Origin: the human T2T-CHM13v2.0 reference genome, Homo sapiens
Strand: one strand, 5' to 3'
NCBI RefSeq assembly: GCF_009914755.1
Contig: NC_060932.1
DNA: 64,000 nt
The notes below the pieces were generated by a model. That model saw only the letters and a list, made by a program, of their open reading frames with translations. It did no database searches and was not told where the DNA came from. A program made the position numbers and the translations under genes. Positions 42,010-56,223 of this stretch are shown piece by piece (position 1 is the first letter of the stretch; every line of letters begins with the position of its first letter).

Positions 42010-42870
42010 AACACTTGATGAGTTTCTACAGTGTACCCATCATGCTTAGTTCCAGTGATATAGGAACAATTTCTGCCATTGAGGAGATCAAACTAAAATA
42101 GCATTAACATAAGGCGACAATAAAATATTTACAAGGTACTGTAGGGGAAAACTAGAGGAAGAAAGGGGTAGTTACTTGGAGGGTTAAGGTTAGAATGGAA
42201 GCATTGGAAACATTCTGATTGTTAATTTTTTAGGAGTCTACCAGAGAAATGAGGACATTTTAAGCAAAGGGAAAAATAAAACAAGTGAACAGAGATATGA
42301 AAATGCAAACGGTTTTGGTGGAGGTGAGTAGCCAGCTCTAGCTCATTGGTATGATTTGGCTGTGTCCATACCCAAATCTCACCTTGAATTGTAATAATCC
42401 CCACGTGTCAAGGGCTGGCCCAGGCGGAGAGAATTGAATCATGGGGGCGGCTCCCCCATGCTGTTCTCATGGTAGTGAATACCTCTCACGAGATCTGACG
42501 GTTTTATAAATGGGCGATCCCCTGAACAAGCCCTTGCCAGCAGCCATGTAAGAGCCCGCCTTTGCTCTTCCTTTGTCTTCTGCTGTGGTTGTGAGGCTTC
42601 TCCAGCCATGTGAAACTGTGAGTCCATTAAGTCTCTTTCTTTTAAAAATTACCCAGTCTTGGAAATGTCTTTATTAGCACCGTGAGAATGACTAATACAC
42701 TCATGCAGGAGCAAAAGCAGCACGGTTCGAGGCAGCGGAAGCATTAGGTATCAGGAAAGATTTTAAAGGGCCTTCCAGTCTGTGGTAGGCATCATGTATT
42801 TTATCTTGCAGGCAACGCTCCCCTTCAAGGGTTTTCAAAATAGTAAATAGAGTGACCCGTTCTGCGTTAA
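42010..42870 (-). mobile_element. L2 fragment interrupted by THE1
   Basis: Purine-rich L2-like sequence on both sides of the THE1 LTR. Confidence 0.5.
42347..42699 (+). mobile_element. THE1 (THE1B-like) solo LTR
   Basis: tggtatgatttggctgtgtcc...gactaataca; perfect TSD ctcat. Confidence 0.95.
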
Positions 42871-43869
42871 AAATTGTTTCTAATATAAGTTGATTAGGGA
42901 CTTTCTAAGGAAATGTATAAACAAGTAAGAGAAAACTTTTTGTATTTATGATCCCTTCCCAAATAATTTTATAAGCAAATAGCCTGACACTGTCTTCTCA
43001 GGAGCATCTCCTGCTTGGGAAGTGCTGAACCCATTATTTGCTTCAAAACTTACCAGTGAGGCTTTGGGTGGCCAGCAGTGTTTAAAGAGGAGATGCAAGG
43101 TGTATGCAGATTCACTCACAGCTGTTCATGAGCCTCTGTCAATGAGTTTCTGGAAGCTCAAGCCCATTCCCTTCACTGTATATTTTGAGAGCATCCAACC
43201 TGTGCTATAGCAATCTGAAAGGCTGGTGAGAAAGGACCCCAAATAATATCAGAATAAAGGCATTTATTCAGTGCATTCTTCCCTTCACCCCAAATGCCTA
43301 ATGGCAGCATATTATTTCTTGAGAAAGATTTCAGTTGCTTGTTGTGATTATGATCCATTATCAGGTAGATGTCGGGGGCAGCACAAAATATTTGCCATTG
43401 AGTTTTAATCAGTGCCATGGAAAAATTGTGGAACATCTCATTTAAAATTGCAGTGATCTTCCTTGATAGCTTCAGTAGAAAAAGTGGAAAACTGAAGAAC
43501 ATTTTTAAAAAAAGAAAGCAGTTAAAATGGCTTCCAGTTACTGACAACCTCTCTCTCAAACCCTGTTATTTTATCATTTATTTAATGCAATCTATGATTT
43601 AGCTACAGCCTTAAATGTCACTTTCAGTTTTCTTTCTTATGTTAAGACTGTCTGGCCTTCTCCATCTGGCATCCCAGGAGCAAGCATTTATTCATTCCTG
43701 ATTACCAAACACCTGGGCAGTTGCATATTGACGTCTACAGCTCTAAGTGGTGATGAATGCTTATTAAAGACTGCCATTTTATGCACATATTTTGTGATGA
43801 TTCCTGTCTTAAATTGCAAACATTTCAAACTTTCTGTTGCAGACATTTGAAACTCCTTTTCTTTCAAAA

Positions 43870-44278
43870 AGTTATTTATTTTTAATTGATAAAAATTTAT
43901 ATATGTATTGCATAAAACATCATGTTTATAAATATGTATACATTATGAAATGGCTAAATCAAGCTAAATATATATACATTATGAAATGGCTAAATCAAGA
44001 GTATATGAGGTAATGATATATTACCTCATATACTCATCATATTTTTGTGGTGAAAACACTTAAAATCTATTCTCCTAGCAATTCACAAGAATACAGTGTA
44101 TTGTTATTAATTATGATATACAATAAACCTCTTGAACTTTTTCCTTCTGCTTTCATATCCTTTGACCAACATCAGTGCAACCCACCCTCCCACATCCACT
44201 CCTGTTAAACACCATTCTACTCTCTACTTCTTTGAGTTCAACTTTAAAAAAATTCTACATAAAAGTGAGATCATGTCT
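43870..44278 (-). mobile_element. L1MA 3' end
   Basis: aatggctaaatcaagcta...cttaaaatctattctc...aagtgagatcatg. Confidence 0.85.
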
Positions 44279-47200
44279 TCCTTTTCAAGCTCAAAGCTAA
44301 TGCTTTCAAATGATAATAAAATGGAAAACCCCTAGCCAGACTAAATCTGCCCTTTTAATTAACCAAGGATGTTTGGGTTTTTAATAATCAACAAGTTACT
44401 GATTTCAAAAGTCAAATACAAAAAGTATAGAAAAATGTGCATTATTATTTAATAGAAATACATGTTAAAATAATAATACAATAGTATCAAGGCACAGATC
44501 TAAGCCATAAACCTCCTTTCTCCTGTGATTTTAGAGATGTGATGGTTTGTTCCATTTATTCACCACTTAATCAACAGTGACCTTGCGTTGCAGGTTTTCT
44601 CACCATAAGTAAACTAAACTCCCAGAAGGGATGAAGTGCACACCATTCTTTTCTAGTATCTAAAACCCCACCTCCAGAACCATTCCTGCTGCCTGGGATA
44701 TCTGTATTAAAAAATATTCCCTTGGAATTAAATATTTTGATGAGAAACTTGCTTCCACTTCTTCGATATGTTTAACATACAAATCAGGAAAGATTTGCCT
44801 AACATTTCTTATACTCTTATGTGTTCATTTTATTTTTTTTCTTTCTCTTAAAGTTCACTTTATCACTTGCTACTAGCTTTTCTTCTCTCATTATTCCAAA
44901 TTGTCACTTATCTTTACTCACATGTGTGGATCCCCAGAATTCTTAAATTCAGACTCTTGCCACCTTGTAAACTTTCCAACTTTGTGTGGTGGAGAAGGAG
45001 CCAAAGTACTTTCTCCAACCATGGAGAAGTAGGTTTGGAGATAAACTATATTTTCAAATACATAAAAGGTGATGACCTGGCCCAAAGAGATGTCTACAAC
45101 ATATATTTTAAATAATCACTGTAATGCAATATGGAAAGGTAGGCAGAGACACAGAGAAATGAGAAAAGGTAGGAATGATAGCGTCAAAAACAGAGAACAG
45201 CCTAGAATGAAACAGGAGTCAGAAAAGAAAACAATTCATTCTGGCAAGAAATGTGAAAGAGTTCAAAAATTGACTTTTATAGGAAAGACTAAGGTTAGAA
45301 AAAAATTACAGGAAATATAAAAGTGAGCTATGATCATAGAAAAGGTAGACGACACTAAAAATGTTCTTTGTAAAGGAACTAATCATAATAAGAAAAAATC
45401 ACCTCTTTAAACCTAGAACTGAAAAACTACAATTTGTAAGTTAAAAATAAAACCTTATAAATCAGTCAAAGACACTAGAGAAATAAGAAAGGCATACTTG
45501 ACACTCTAGAAAATAGACAGGTTAAAAAGTATATATATTGAAAAGGAGCTGAAGTAACGCCTGAGATAAACTTCTTTTAAAAGACAACATAATTCAAAAT
45601 AATGGCAATATTTTTCAATTGTCTGAGTAAAGAAAACACATTTTCCAATATGAGAAGGAGGAAAGTGATTCAATACCATTGAAACCTGTCAGATGAACAA
45701 CTCTTTCAATACCCACTTTGGAGAAGAAGTTCATATTCTCAAACTTCACAGAATTTGCAGAATGTGGTTCAGTGCTCTGGAATTTATTCCCAGCTAAAAT
45801 AATAGCACACGCACAGGAAAGGAAAATGAAGTTTTTCAAGATTAAAATAGAGTTTAGGGAAGTAATAGGCTTTGAAACTTTAAGAAACTGTCAGCAAAAT
45901 AAAGATACTCTGTTTCTAGACACTAATATATACTCACATAAATTGACGTTGTGTTAAAATTGATTTCCAGAAATAATTCACATGCATGTTTTCTAATTTA
46001 ATCGCTAAACATATATCGAGTTTATCCTATGTGCAAACCAATGTGCTAAGTAGACAAAGAGCTTTATAAGTTGGTAAGGCTGCCTAGAAATAAAATATTG
46101 GATGCTACCATTTTTCTTTTTTTTCGCAACTGGAGCACCAGCCACTATTGTCACTAATTGACTTAGATATCAACGGTCTGGGGCAATATAACGCTTTAAA
46201 AAGATTTCATTGAAACTGTGACTGTGACGTTTAATGTTATTCCCACGTAATGGGTAAGTATTGTTTTCTTGTACTTAGAGATATTCACATAGAACCTGGT
46301 TAGCCCTGAGCTGTCAGGAGTGAAGACATGATAGAATCTTTGATACATTGTTGATCTCAAGGAATTCTTTGGCCAAAAAGAATCTCTGATTATCATTAGA
46401 GGATGGTACATGTGTATGGGATGCCTAGGTTATACTTGACTTTTTTTTACTTTCATCATATTTACAGAGAATACTAACAGGTCAAATCAGTGTAGTATAG
46501 GACACCCAATTTCCCCCCCCTTTTCTAGTTTATACCTACTTATATCCTCTTTTATTAATATAGGTTTTTTTTGTACCATTATGAGTCCAAACTAGTATTT
46601 CTTTTAATAGTCAATTTGCGTAAGTTCGTAGGAACTGAAAGTTCCCCATGCAGTGTTAGTGAGGAATATGCCTACACATTTTTCTCATTAAAAAGCCACG
46701 CCTGACCCCACTTTTTGCTTTTGCTTTTGGCCGAAGCTTGAGATGTGAGGCTGCTTCCTGATAACCAGAACTGTTAGCATCTTCATCTAATGTAGGGGTT
46801 TGGAGTCAAACACTTTGGTGCTATGTGGAAAATGATTTGAGTATAAATCAATCAGTCAAGAATTCTGGCCAGTACTCATTTTAAATCAATATGGAAAACA
46901 GATGGGAAGGAAACGGTCTTCCTTATTACGAACTCTGGAAATGTGACACAGATGCTTTTAGGCTGTTTTCTCATAATTTTGAATGTTTATACATTCACAA
47001 GATGTACCTACGTATCCATTGTTGTCAGTAACCCAGGGCTTTTCTTGTCAAAGATGAACCAGCTGACATCACTGTCAATGCTATTACAAAAATCAGATAA
47101 AAATATCAACAAGTGCTGAAATATCTTTAAAAACAATGGCTGCAAACAGAAAGATGATGAAAGTTATCCCAGCAAGAGCAAGGGTGGAAATGAGCAAATT

Positions 47201-47873
47201 AACTGATGAGAGCTCAGGGTAAAATATATAATTTTGAAATTATACGTATGCTTTCGAATATTTCAACATGTGGGAAGAATCTTTTAATGGTACTCCTTCT
47301 TATAATTGGATACATTTGTACTCAGCTCTGCACTGCAATGAAATGACAAGGACTATGATTTTTGTAGCATCTAAACTTTACAAAACATTTAAAAGTGCCA
47401 TAAAATAGGAACAAATTATCCTGGTCTTGCAAAAATGTTTATAGAATAAAGGTACTCTGAAAGGAGGCAAAAAACAATATTTTTGTAAATATTGTAGCTG
47501 AAGTATTTATGCATTTTAATACAGAAAATAGAATTGAAAATATATTCTAACAGATTTTGCACCTGCAGAGAGAATAATTTCTCAATTAAAATATAATCTA
47601 TAGAAAAGAGTCAACTGAAAGCACTAATAATTTTAAAGTTTTTAACCATAAATTGCATCTTGGAAGAAAATTGCAAACATGGCAGCTTCAAATAGGTGTT
47701 CTTTCTATACTGTCTATTAAGCAGGAGTAGTTCCTTCTCTCCGTCCTGGAGCATAGCTCTCTTAGTCATTTAGCAAGTACTTCCTTTTCCACTCTACCAA
47801 CCAGAGTCAGTAATGTTTACAGTTCTCGAGTAGTCATTCCAGCAGAAACCACGCCACTCAGCTTTCTTACTGA

Positions 47874-48318
<445 letters not shown>

Positions 48319-49102
48319 TTTGTACTGTATTAAAAAGAAAAAAAAAAATCTAATTCTGGAACTCAAATAAAATCCTTCTTGTCCTACCTTTGATTTTTGA
48401 ATCACCTATTAAATTTTCTGTCAAATAGATAATTTCGTGCTAACATTTTCTTAGGAGTGACTCTAAAACAAAGGCAGAAGCTTTCTACAAAGATATCATT
48501 CTTTCTCCTTTATCCTCCTACAAATTTTGACCTAGAGAAGAAACAGGTAACAGAAAAGGGTGGAAGAAGAGGGAAAGGAAGGCTTTTCAATTGCTCTTGG
48601 TTAACAAAAGATGAGCCCCTTTTTGGATTGCAGGCTGGAGCCAACCATTTTCTGATTTACGGGTAGATGAACGTTATCATGAGGCCTACTCAGGAAATAT
48701 TGAGATAGAAGTGATCTGAGAGGCTGCTTTATCTTGGGTGGCCTGATTAAAGTTCTGTCCATTTATTAAAAGTAGCTATAGCAAATGAAATGACTGGTAG
48801 ACACCTGGCCTATCAGTCCCGGTTATCAAAACATCCTTGCTTCCAAATCTCTTAGAGTATTCCTACTCATCGTCTCAGTACTGTCAGCCCCACACCGTGA
48901 CAAATGGTTCTAACATAGTATTAAATATAAATTTGTCTCCTGTCACTGCTTTTGCCCTGATCTTATCTGTTACCATTTTATTTTATTCCTTTCTTTTTCC
49001 TCACCTCAGACATTTTACAGAGAGGAAATTATTCTATATATGTATATGGATTTATATATGTTTAACTTTTTACTTTATAATTTTCATTTGCAAAACTCTA
49101 CA

Positions 49103-49420
49103 CAGATATTTCAAGACTTAGAATGAGGTTATGTCCCAATAAACCCATCACACACTGAAAATGTCATAAATTGAAAATGCATTTAATACACCTAAACTAT
49201 CAAGCCCATAGCTTAGCCTAGCCTACCTTAAATGTGCTAAGAACACTTACGTTAGCCTACACTTGGGCAGAATCATCTCACACAAAGGGTATTTTATAAT
49301 AAAGTATCAAATATCTCATGTAATTTATTGAATACTGTATATTTTGTCAAAATTGTGACAATTTAGTACCATTGTAAAGTCAAAAAATTAAGTCAAATCA
49401 TCCTAAGTCAGGACTGCCTG
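49103..49420 (+). mobile_element. MER47 (TcMar-Tigger MITE)
   Basis: cag...ctg termini with 3' TA; atagcttagcctagcctaccttaaa signature. Confidence 0.85.
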
Positions 49421-50445
49421 TACTTAAGAGTTTTATAGATCTTCTTAACTGGAGGGGAATGCATTATGAATGGAATGCATAGAAAAAGGAGGTGGAGGAA
49501 GATTTGGGAGTAAAATTCTTATAGAGCATGAGGGTCTTCTCTGGTTTGGACAAATGGAGTAAGAGAGAGGTCCTTTGAAAGAGATAGATGGAAAAAAACA
49601 GAACACATGAAAGCCAAGAGAAGAAAATGGCATTTCAATCATAGTTTAAGACAGCAGAATGGTGACAGAAGGACTGTGATTCTACTGAGGGAAGAAGACA
49701 GCCTGGGACTGGGGACCTCTCTAGGCATCAGAATCATGTCAACAGGAGTAGGAGAGGAACAATTGAGAGACAGAGTTAATGGGATTTCTTCTTCTTTATT
49801 TTGGATCTAGATAACTTAAAGTTGAATTTAACTGATTACTAAAGTGGGAACATCATCATAAAAATCAACAAAAACATTAATAAGCTAATTTCTAAAACTT
49901 TGTAATATCTTAATCCTAATCTAGTTCTGAGGGGGCACCACTGTCATTAGAAACTTGTTTCACCATAAATGGGAATGAGACAATGTGTCAAAACTAGTCA
50001 AGTAGTAAGATAATCAATAGGAAGATAAAGATGGATCAAAGACCTAAACAAGAAGTTAAGATAAAATATACTAGGCAACCACAGCAACTGAGACCAGGTC
50101 AGCTTCCTACCATGAGCAGTCCCCAACAGGGTGTGGGTAATGAGATCCTGAACTCAGTGAGGTGACTCTGCAACAGTCAATCCTCTCAATTCGTGGACAT
50201 GGATATAACTCATGTCATGAACTGGGTCAGTGAAGCAATTATGTTTTCTGATGCCAATGCTCTCCCTGAAACTGTAGCATCAAAGAAAATTCTCTACAAG
50301 TAAGGCAGCTTGAAATACCTGAATTCGGAGAGAAAGGAATCATGAGATCTATTAGAGGTAAGTTCAACACAAGCTCTGCATAATATTGGACTCATCTTTA
50401 AGTCTGTAGACATAAGAAAACTCTCTTTTCTTTAATATCAGTGGG

Positions 50446-50753
50446 GGCCGGGCATGGTGGCTCATGTCTGTAACCCCAGCACTTTGGGAGGCCAAGGCGG
50501 GCTGATCACCTGAGGTCGGGAGTTTGAGACCCCAGCCTGGCCAACATGGCACCCTGTCTCTACTAACAATACAAAAATTAGCCGGGTGTGGTGGCGGGCG
50601 CCTGTAATCCCAGCTACTCAGGAGGCTGAGGCAGGAGAATCACTTGAATCCAGGAGGTGGAGGTTGCAGTGACTTGAGATCACACCACTGCACTCTAGCG
50701 TCAGCGACAAGAGCGAAACTCTGTGCAAAAGAAAACAAAACAACAACAAAAAA
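50446..50753 (+). mobile_element. AluSq/Sp-like
   Basis: cctgaggtcgggag, gacaagagcgaaactc; TSD aatatcagtggg/aatagcagtggg. Confidence 0.95.
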
Positions 50754-51426
50754 TAGCAGTGGGATATAAGAAAACTTCATTTTTTCACAATAGCAGTGTT
50801 AAATGGTATAACAGTTTAAAAGCAGTGTGGTATTAGACAGCAGTGTAAAACTTGAACATAGTTCAAGTTTTAGTTCTTCTGTATTCTATATGACTTAAAC
50901 CCTTAGTTTTAATATTTTTATCTATAAAATTGGGATTATAACATGGGCTCTTACCCAATTGCGGGATTGAATGCCTCAGTTGTAATGTTTCAAAGTGTCT
51001 ATTAATTGATATTTGTCATTTAAATTAATAAAAATTAATATAAATATTTATGATTTCTCCCAACTATGAGAAAAAACAACATTCCCGAAACAAACAGAAG
51101 AACTCGTTAGATTAGAAAGGGCAAACATTTCCCCCGAAGTTTATATTGTATAGTTGTCTCTCCTCTCCTTTCTCTACCAATATATTTTTTAAAAATTATA
51201 AACTAATATGTTTCTTAAATTTATAATATATGTGCTGTCTAAAGACATGATTCTTTAAAAATTTTTTCATTTGTTATTTTTGGCATTTTTGTTTCAAATT
51301 TATTGGCTTGCCATTACCTAGAATTTTGACTTTGGCTTCTCAGTAGCATACAATATATTTTCAGAATTTAGAAATCAGACAGAACAGGACTGCTTTTTTT
51401 CTTTCTTTCTGGTAGTTTTGCATGTG

Positions 51427-52115
51427 AGAAGATTATCCTGGACTTTCCTGTTTGGTCCCTAAATCTAATGACATTTGTGTGTCAGAGAGGTTTGACACAG
51501 AATGAAGAAGGAGGAGGCAATGCGACCTTGGAGGAGGAGATTGCAGTGATACAACTACAAGTCAAGAAGCTGCCTGAAGCTGGAAGAGTAAGAAATTAGG
51601 ACATATTTACTAGTTTAAAACAACACAAACGCAGTCAGAAGTCTGACATAGATATTAATGGGCAAAAATCGACATCTCAGCAGTTTGCTTTTTTTTTTTG
51701 GAAGTTCTGAAGGAAAATCCATTTTCTTACCTTTTCCAGCTTCTAGATGCTCCTGCATTCCTTGGTCCAAGGTTTTCTTCATCCATCTTCAGAGCCAGCA
51801 ATGGTGGAGAGAGGCCTCCTCACATTTCTTCACCTTCTCTTCTGCCTCCTCTTCTAGTTTTAAAGTATTACACTGGGCTCATAAGGATAGTTTTTCTATT
51901 TTAAAGTCAGCTGACAAGCACCTTAATTCTATCTGTAACTTTAATCTTCCTTTGCCATACAACAAAATATAATAGTCATGGCTTCTGGGAATAAGGACGT
52001 GGGCATCTTTCACCATCTTTACTTCTATAATTCTACCTGTAAACTTAATTTTCTTTGTCATGTAACATATTTATGGATTCAAGGAAGAAGGAAGTGAGTA
52101 TCTTTGACCATCTTT
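51427..52115. mobile_element. MLT1 (C/D-like) LTR fragments in opposite orientations
   Basis: Sense fragment ~51427-51600 (gattatcctgga...gaagctggaagag); antisense fragment ~51610-52040 (ccagcttctagatg...cttcagagccagcaatgg). Confidence 0.65.
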
Positions 52116-52659
52116 ACTCCTGTATAAACATTCCAAAATTCCTCTAAATTATCTTTAGGTTCTTAATCACCGAAGCAGGTGAAAACACTTCCTTCAGGAA
52201 TTCTCTCCTACTCCCTTGTTTTGATGGGTAGGTATTCATCTTGCATCCTCCTATAACAATCTTCAATGCCCTTAACCCTTGCACATATTGTACTGAATTT
52301 AAGCCGCCCCTCTATACTTTTCTATTACCTGTAAAATACGTCCTTCCAAAATTCTTAACTGTTAAACTCCTTGAAAGCTGTTCTAGGGTGCTTCCATTTG
52401 CTCATTTTCACTTCATTAATTTCACTACCTCAAATAAATATTTCTGTCTTTCTAGTTTTCCGTGACATTTAGCTATTGTGTAACTATAAATACAGACATA
52501 TTAGTTTAGTATTCTTGATGTCTGAGTTCATGTATACCTATTTCTCTGGACCCTGACTTGTCTTAATTTTTAAGTTTCTCTGGGAATAGTGAAATTCTCA
52601 GTTGTTACTCCATAGTAGTTTATTATACATACTCACTACTTGTTAGCACCAAATGCAGG

Positions 52660-53878
52660 ATGACCACAGTCATCTTCCTTCAAAATACAATGGTGAGATA
52701 GATATGGGATAAATATTCCCATCCAAAAAGGGAGAAATAAGAAAAGAAGGGAGGCTGGGCCCCAGGCAAGCCCAAAACCTGGCAGGGCAAACTATGAGAC
52801 CTTAAGTCTTGTTAATAATCTTCTTTGGCTTGATGAGCTGACTTCTGGACCCACTAGGGTGACAACATCGACCCCATGACTCAGCAAGGCCCTGCCCAAA
52901 TCACTGCTCCTTGGGGTTGAGATACTGCCCCAAAGGCTCTGCTGTGCATCCCCCTGCCCACAACTCCAGATGGCCCATTCCCACGACTTCTGTTGGAGGC
53001 CATCTGCCATGCTGAAACCTAAGCAGTGGCCCAGATAGTCTCCAAATCACCTTTGGGGTTCTTCTTCCCCTTTATTGAAGGACAGCAGACATTCACAGTC
53101 TTTCTTCATTCTGTCTCACTTTGTGTTTCCATTAGTCCCAGTTGTCAGGGTATCTGCTGGTAAGAGCCCATCTCTAGTCCTTGCTTCTGTTGAGATGGGT
53201 GATTGAATCTGTGGTTCTTATCCACCCTAATCTCTTTATCAAATGGCAAGTGTGTCACACCCTTTGTGTTCTCTTTCCAATGTACTTTCATATTTCTTCT
53301 AATGTGGACAGGATGAGAATTTGCCAGATCTTTAGTTCTGATTCCTTTTGCTTAACAATTCCATTTTCAACTCATTTTTTTTTCTTCTCTTCTCACATTT
53401 TACCATAAGCAGTCAGGAAGAACGAAGCTGCTCCTTCAACATTTTGTTTAGAATTTTCCTCAGCTGAACATCCAACGTCCATCCTCTCAAGGTTGACCTG
53501 TCATAAAACATGAGAACACAAGCACGATTCAGCCAAGCTCTTTGCCGCTTTGTGATCAGGATCTTCTTTTCTCCGTTGCCCAATAACATGTTCCTCATTG
53601 CTGTCTGAGACTGCATCAGAGTCACCATTCATATTCATATTTCTACCCACATTCTATAGCTCATTCTTTGTGTATTCTCTAGGAATTTTCAACTCTCCCC
53701 TTTTCTTTTTGAGCCCTCACCGGAATCACCTCTATAAGTCACTTAATGATAATAGCAGCCTTTTCTAGCATGCAGCTCAAAACCCTTCCAGCCTCTCCAC
53801 TCATTACCTAGTAACAAAGCTCCTTCCACATCGTTAGGTGTTTGTTGCATTAGCACACCACTTCTCAGTACCAGTTTC
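52660..53878 (-). mobile_element. MaLR internal region (MLT1A/MST-int)
   Basis: aaatacaatggtg...attcccatccaaaaagggagaaat; abuts the LTR via ccacttctcagtaccagtttc. Confidence 0.85.
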
Positions 53879-54247
53879 TGTTTTAGTCAGTGCGGACCGC
53901 TATAACTGAGTACCATAGACTGGGTGGCTTCAACAATATTTACTTCTCACAATTCTGGAGGCTGGAACTGGGTTCCAGATTAGGCTGCCACAATGGTCAA
54001 TTCTTGGTGAAGTCTCTCTTCATGGTTTACAGGTGGTCGTGTTTTTGTTGTATCCTCACATGGTCAAGAGAGAAATCATCTATCTTGTGTTTCTTCATAG
54101 AAGGGCAATAACCCCATTCATGAGGGCTCTGCACTATGATCTAATTATCTCTCAAAGGCTCCCCCTCCCACCTCCTAATGACATTACACTGGAGATTAGG
54201 ATTTCAGCATATGAACTGGGGGAGACACAAACATTCAGTTCATAATA
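53879..54247 (-). mobile_element. MLT1A-type 5' LTR attached to the MaLR internal region
   Basis: tgttttagtc...taccatagactgggtggctt...gacacaaacattcagttcataata. Confidence 0.88.
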
Positions 54248-54979
54248 CTGGAAGAGAGTCTGATTTCTATGATTTGGCTTCTTCGTTGATATATTTCAGG
54301 CTGAAAATGGAGGAAGAATGAGAGAGGGACAGAAAGATTTAGCAGGAAATGTTATGGATGATGCCTGTGAGTAGTTTATATTATTTCTTCCGACATTTCT
54401 TTAGTTAGAACTCAGTAGCATAGTCATTCCTATCTGTACCTGCATTACTAAGAGGAAGGCAAGCAGATTTGGTGGTAGCTTTTTTTTGTTTTTTTTTTGG
54501 CCACAAAAGGAAAGAGATCCGATCTGAGATTCACAGTTGGGTTCTAAATAATGCATCATATAAATGCTAACAGAGGTAGGAGTTTGCAAGAGAGTAGTTC
54601 TGAAGATCGAAGTTTTATAGATCCAGGGAGGTGACATGCCACTAAGAAAATTTCTTTCTCCATCCTCCTCTCGTACATCTTATGAGAGCCAACATAAAGA
54701 CGTCAAGTAGCTGGGACAGGGGAAGAGGATGGCAAGATGAAAAACATGACTGGAAAAAGGCATCGGAAGGTTTCCTGATAACATTCTTTCTACTTTGCTA
54801 TGTATTCACCTTTCTGTAGGGAAGGTGTAAGGAATCCTAAATGATAGTGGAAGTCCATATAATAAACGTTAATGCCTCCTAAATGGAAAAAAGAGTCAGA
54901 TATAAGATTCCGCACTGATAAGTGGTACTATGAACACTCAGAATCATCCTGGCATTAAAAGTGTTTTGCTTCGTTAGTA

Positions 54980-55145
54980 TTTTTAACTTTCACAGTAGCC
55001 TTATAAAGCAGTTCTAATTAGATCAGTTTTACACAAATAAAAATTGAGATACGGAGTTTAAGTGGCTCATACAATATCACAAAGCAGAATTGAGTGGAGC
55101 TAGGGCTAAGTCCCACGTTAGTTTTACTACAAAGCCTTGTACTTC
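54980..55145 (-). mobile_element. MIR
   Basis: ttttacacaaataaaaattgagatacggagtttaagtggctc. Confidence 0.55.
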
Positions 55146-55749
55146 TTCTTTGGTGATATTGGGAATATACATCAATATAATCAATAATACGGATGCATAC
55201 TTTATTTGGAAAAGAATCAAATGTTATCGATCTTTAGAAAGCTATTTACCTTAAGAAGAACACTTTAAAATGTTAATAGGTTACATTTAGTGAGAATCAA
55301 ATTACAAATGTTTATTTCACATCGATAATTTCAAGGGAAATGAAGATACAGATTTGAATACAACTGCAAAGCATGGAAAGTTTTTGTAAAATCCAATGTA
55401 TTTTAACATCTTTTTCATGTAACAAAGTAAAACTTAATGCATTTAAAATTTACTAAGAGGAATGCATTGCTCTTGGAATAAATCATTTTAATCCATTTTT
55501 ATATTTGTATTTGGAGAGAGTATTAAGCAATGAAATCTACCTTAGGTTTGGAGGATTGATTTCCCTAAATGAATATCTTGACTCTCTTTTACTGCACAAA
55601 GAAGGGGGATGATGGAAATTGGTATAGAGTTCCACATGAGCCACATTTGCAAAAGTAATCCTTAATAACATAGTCAGCCATGTCTATTTCCCAGAGTAGA
55701 TTTCAGAATTCTTTTTTCAGTTTTTTAAAAATTACTTGTTTCTGTGTTG

Positions 55750-56223
55750 GACGGAAAACTATTCATGACACTCATTAAAAACAGTAAGGAAGCCTTCATT
55801 TGAGAGAGGCTACCATAATAAGGTTTTGTAATAGAGGAGAGAGATGGGGCTCAATTCTGAATATAACAAGGAAATGTGAAAATCTGTAGCCAAGTAGCTG
55901 GATCAGGGTAAAGGTGGGGAGCCAGTGGGGGAAAATGCAGGAGTTTGGGTGGATTCTGGCTAAGCTGACCTACCACGATTCTTGCTGAAGGCCAGCCAGG
56001 ATGATTAGACCTCACCTCTGGGATGGTGGAGGAGGAGAAACCTCATTAGATATCAACGGTGACCAGATATTGCGGATGGGGGATTATTGCTAAACTGACT
56101 TAGATTTCTTGCTAAAATTGGACAATGTACAGATAAATACGAAAGTTCAAATGTCAGGGTCTAATTGAGAGGAGATTTAGGAGGAGCCTGACTAGAGTTC
56201 AGTCAAGGAGAGAATCTTTGTCA
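55750..56223 (-). mobile_element. MER31 (ERV1) solo LTR
   Basis: Ends gaggagcctgactagagttcagtcaaggagagaatctttgtca (reverse complement of the MER31 5' end). Confidence 0.8.
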
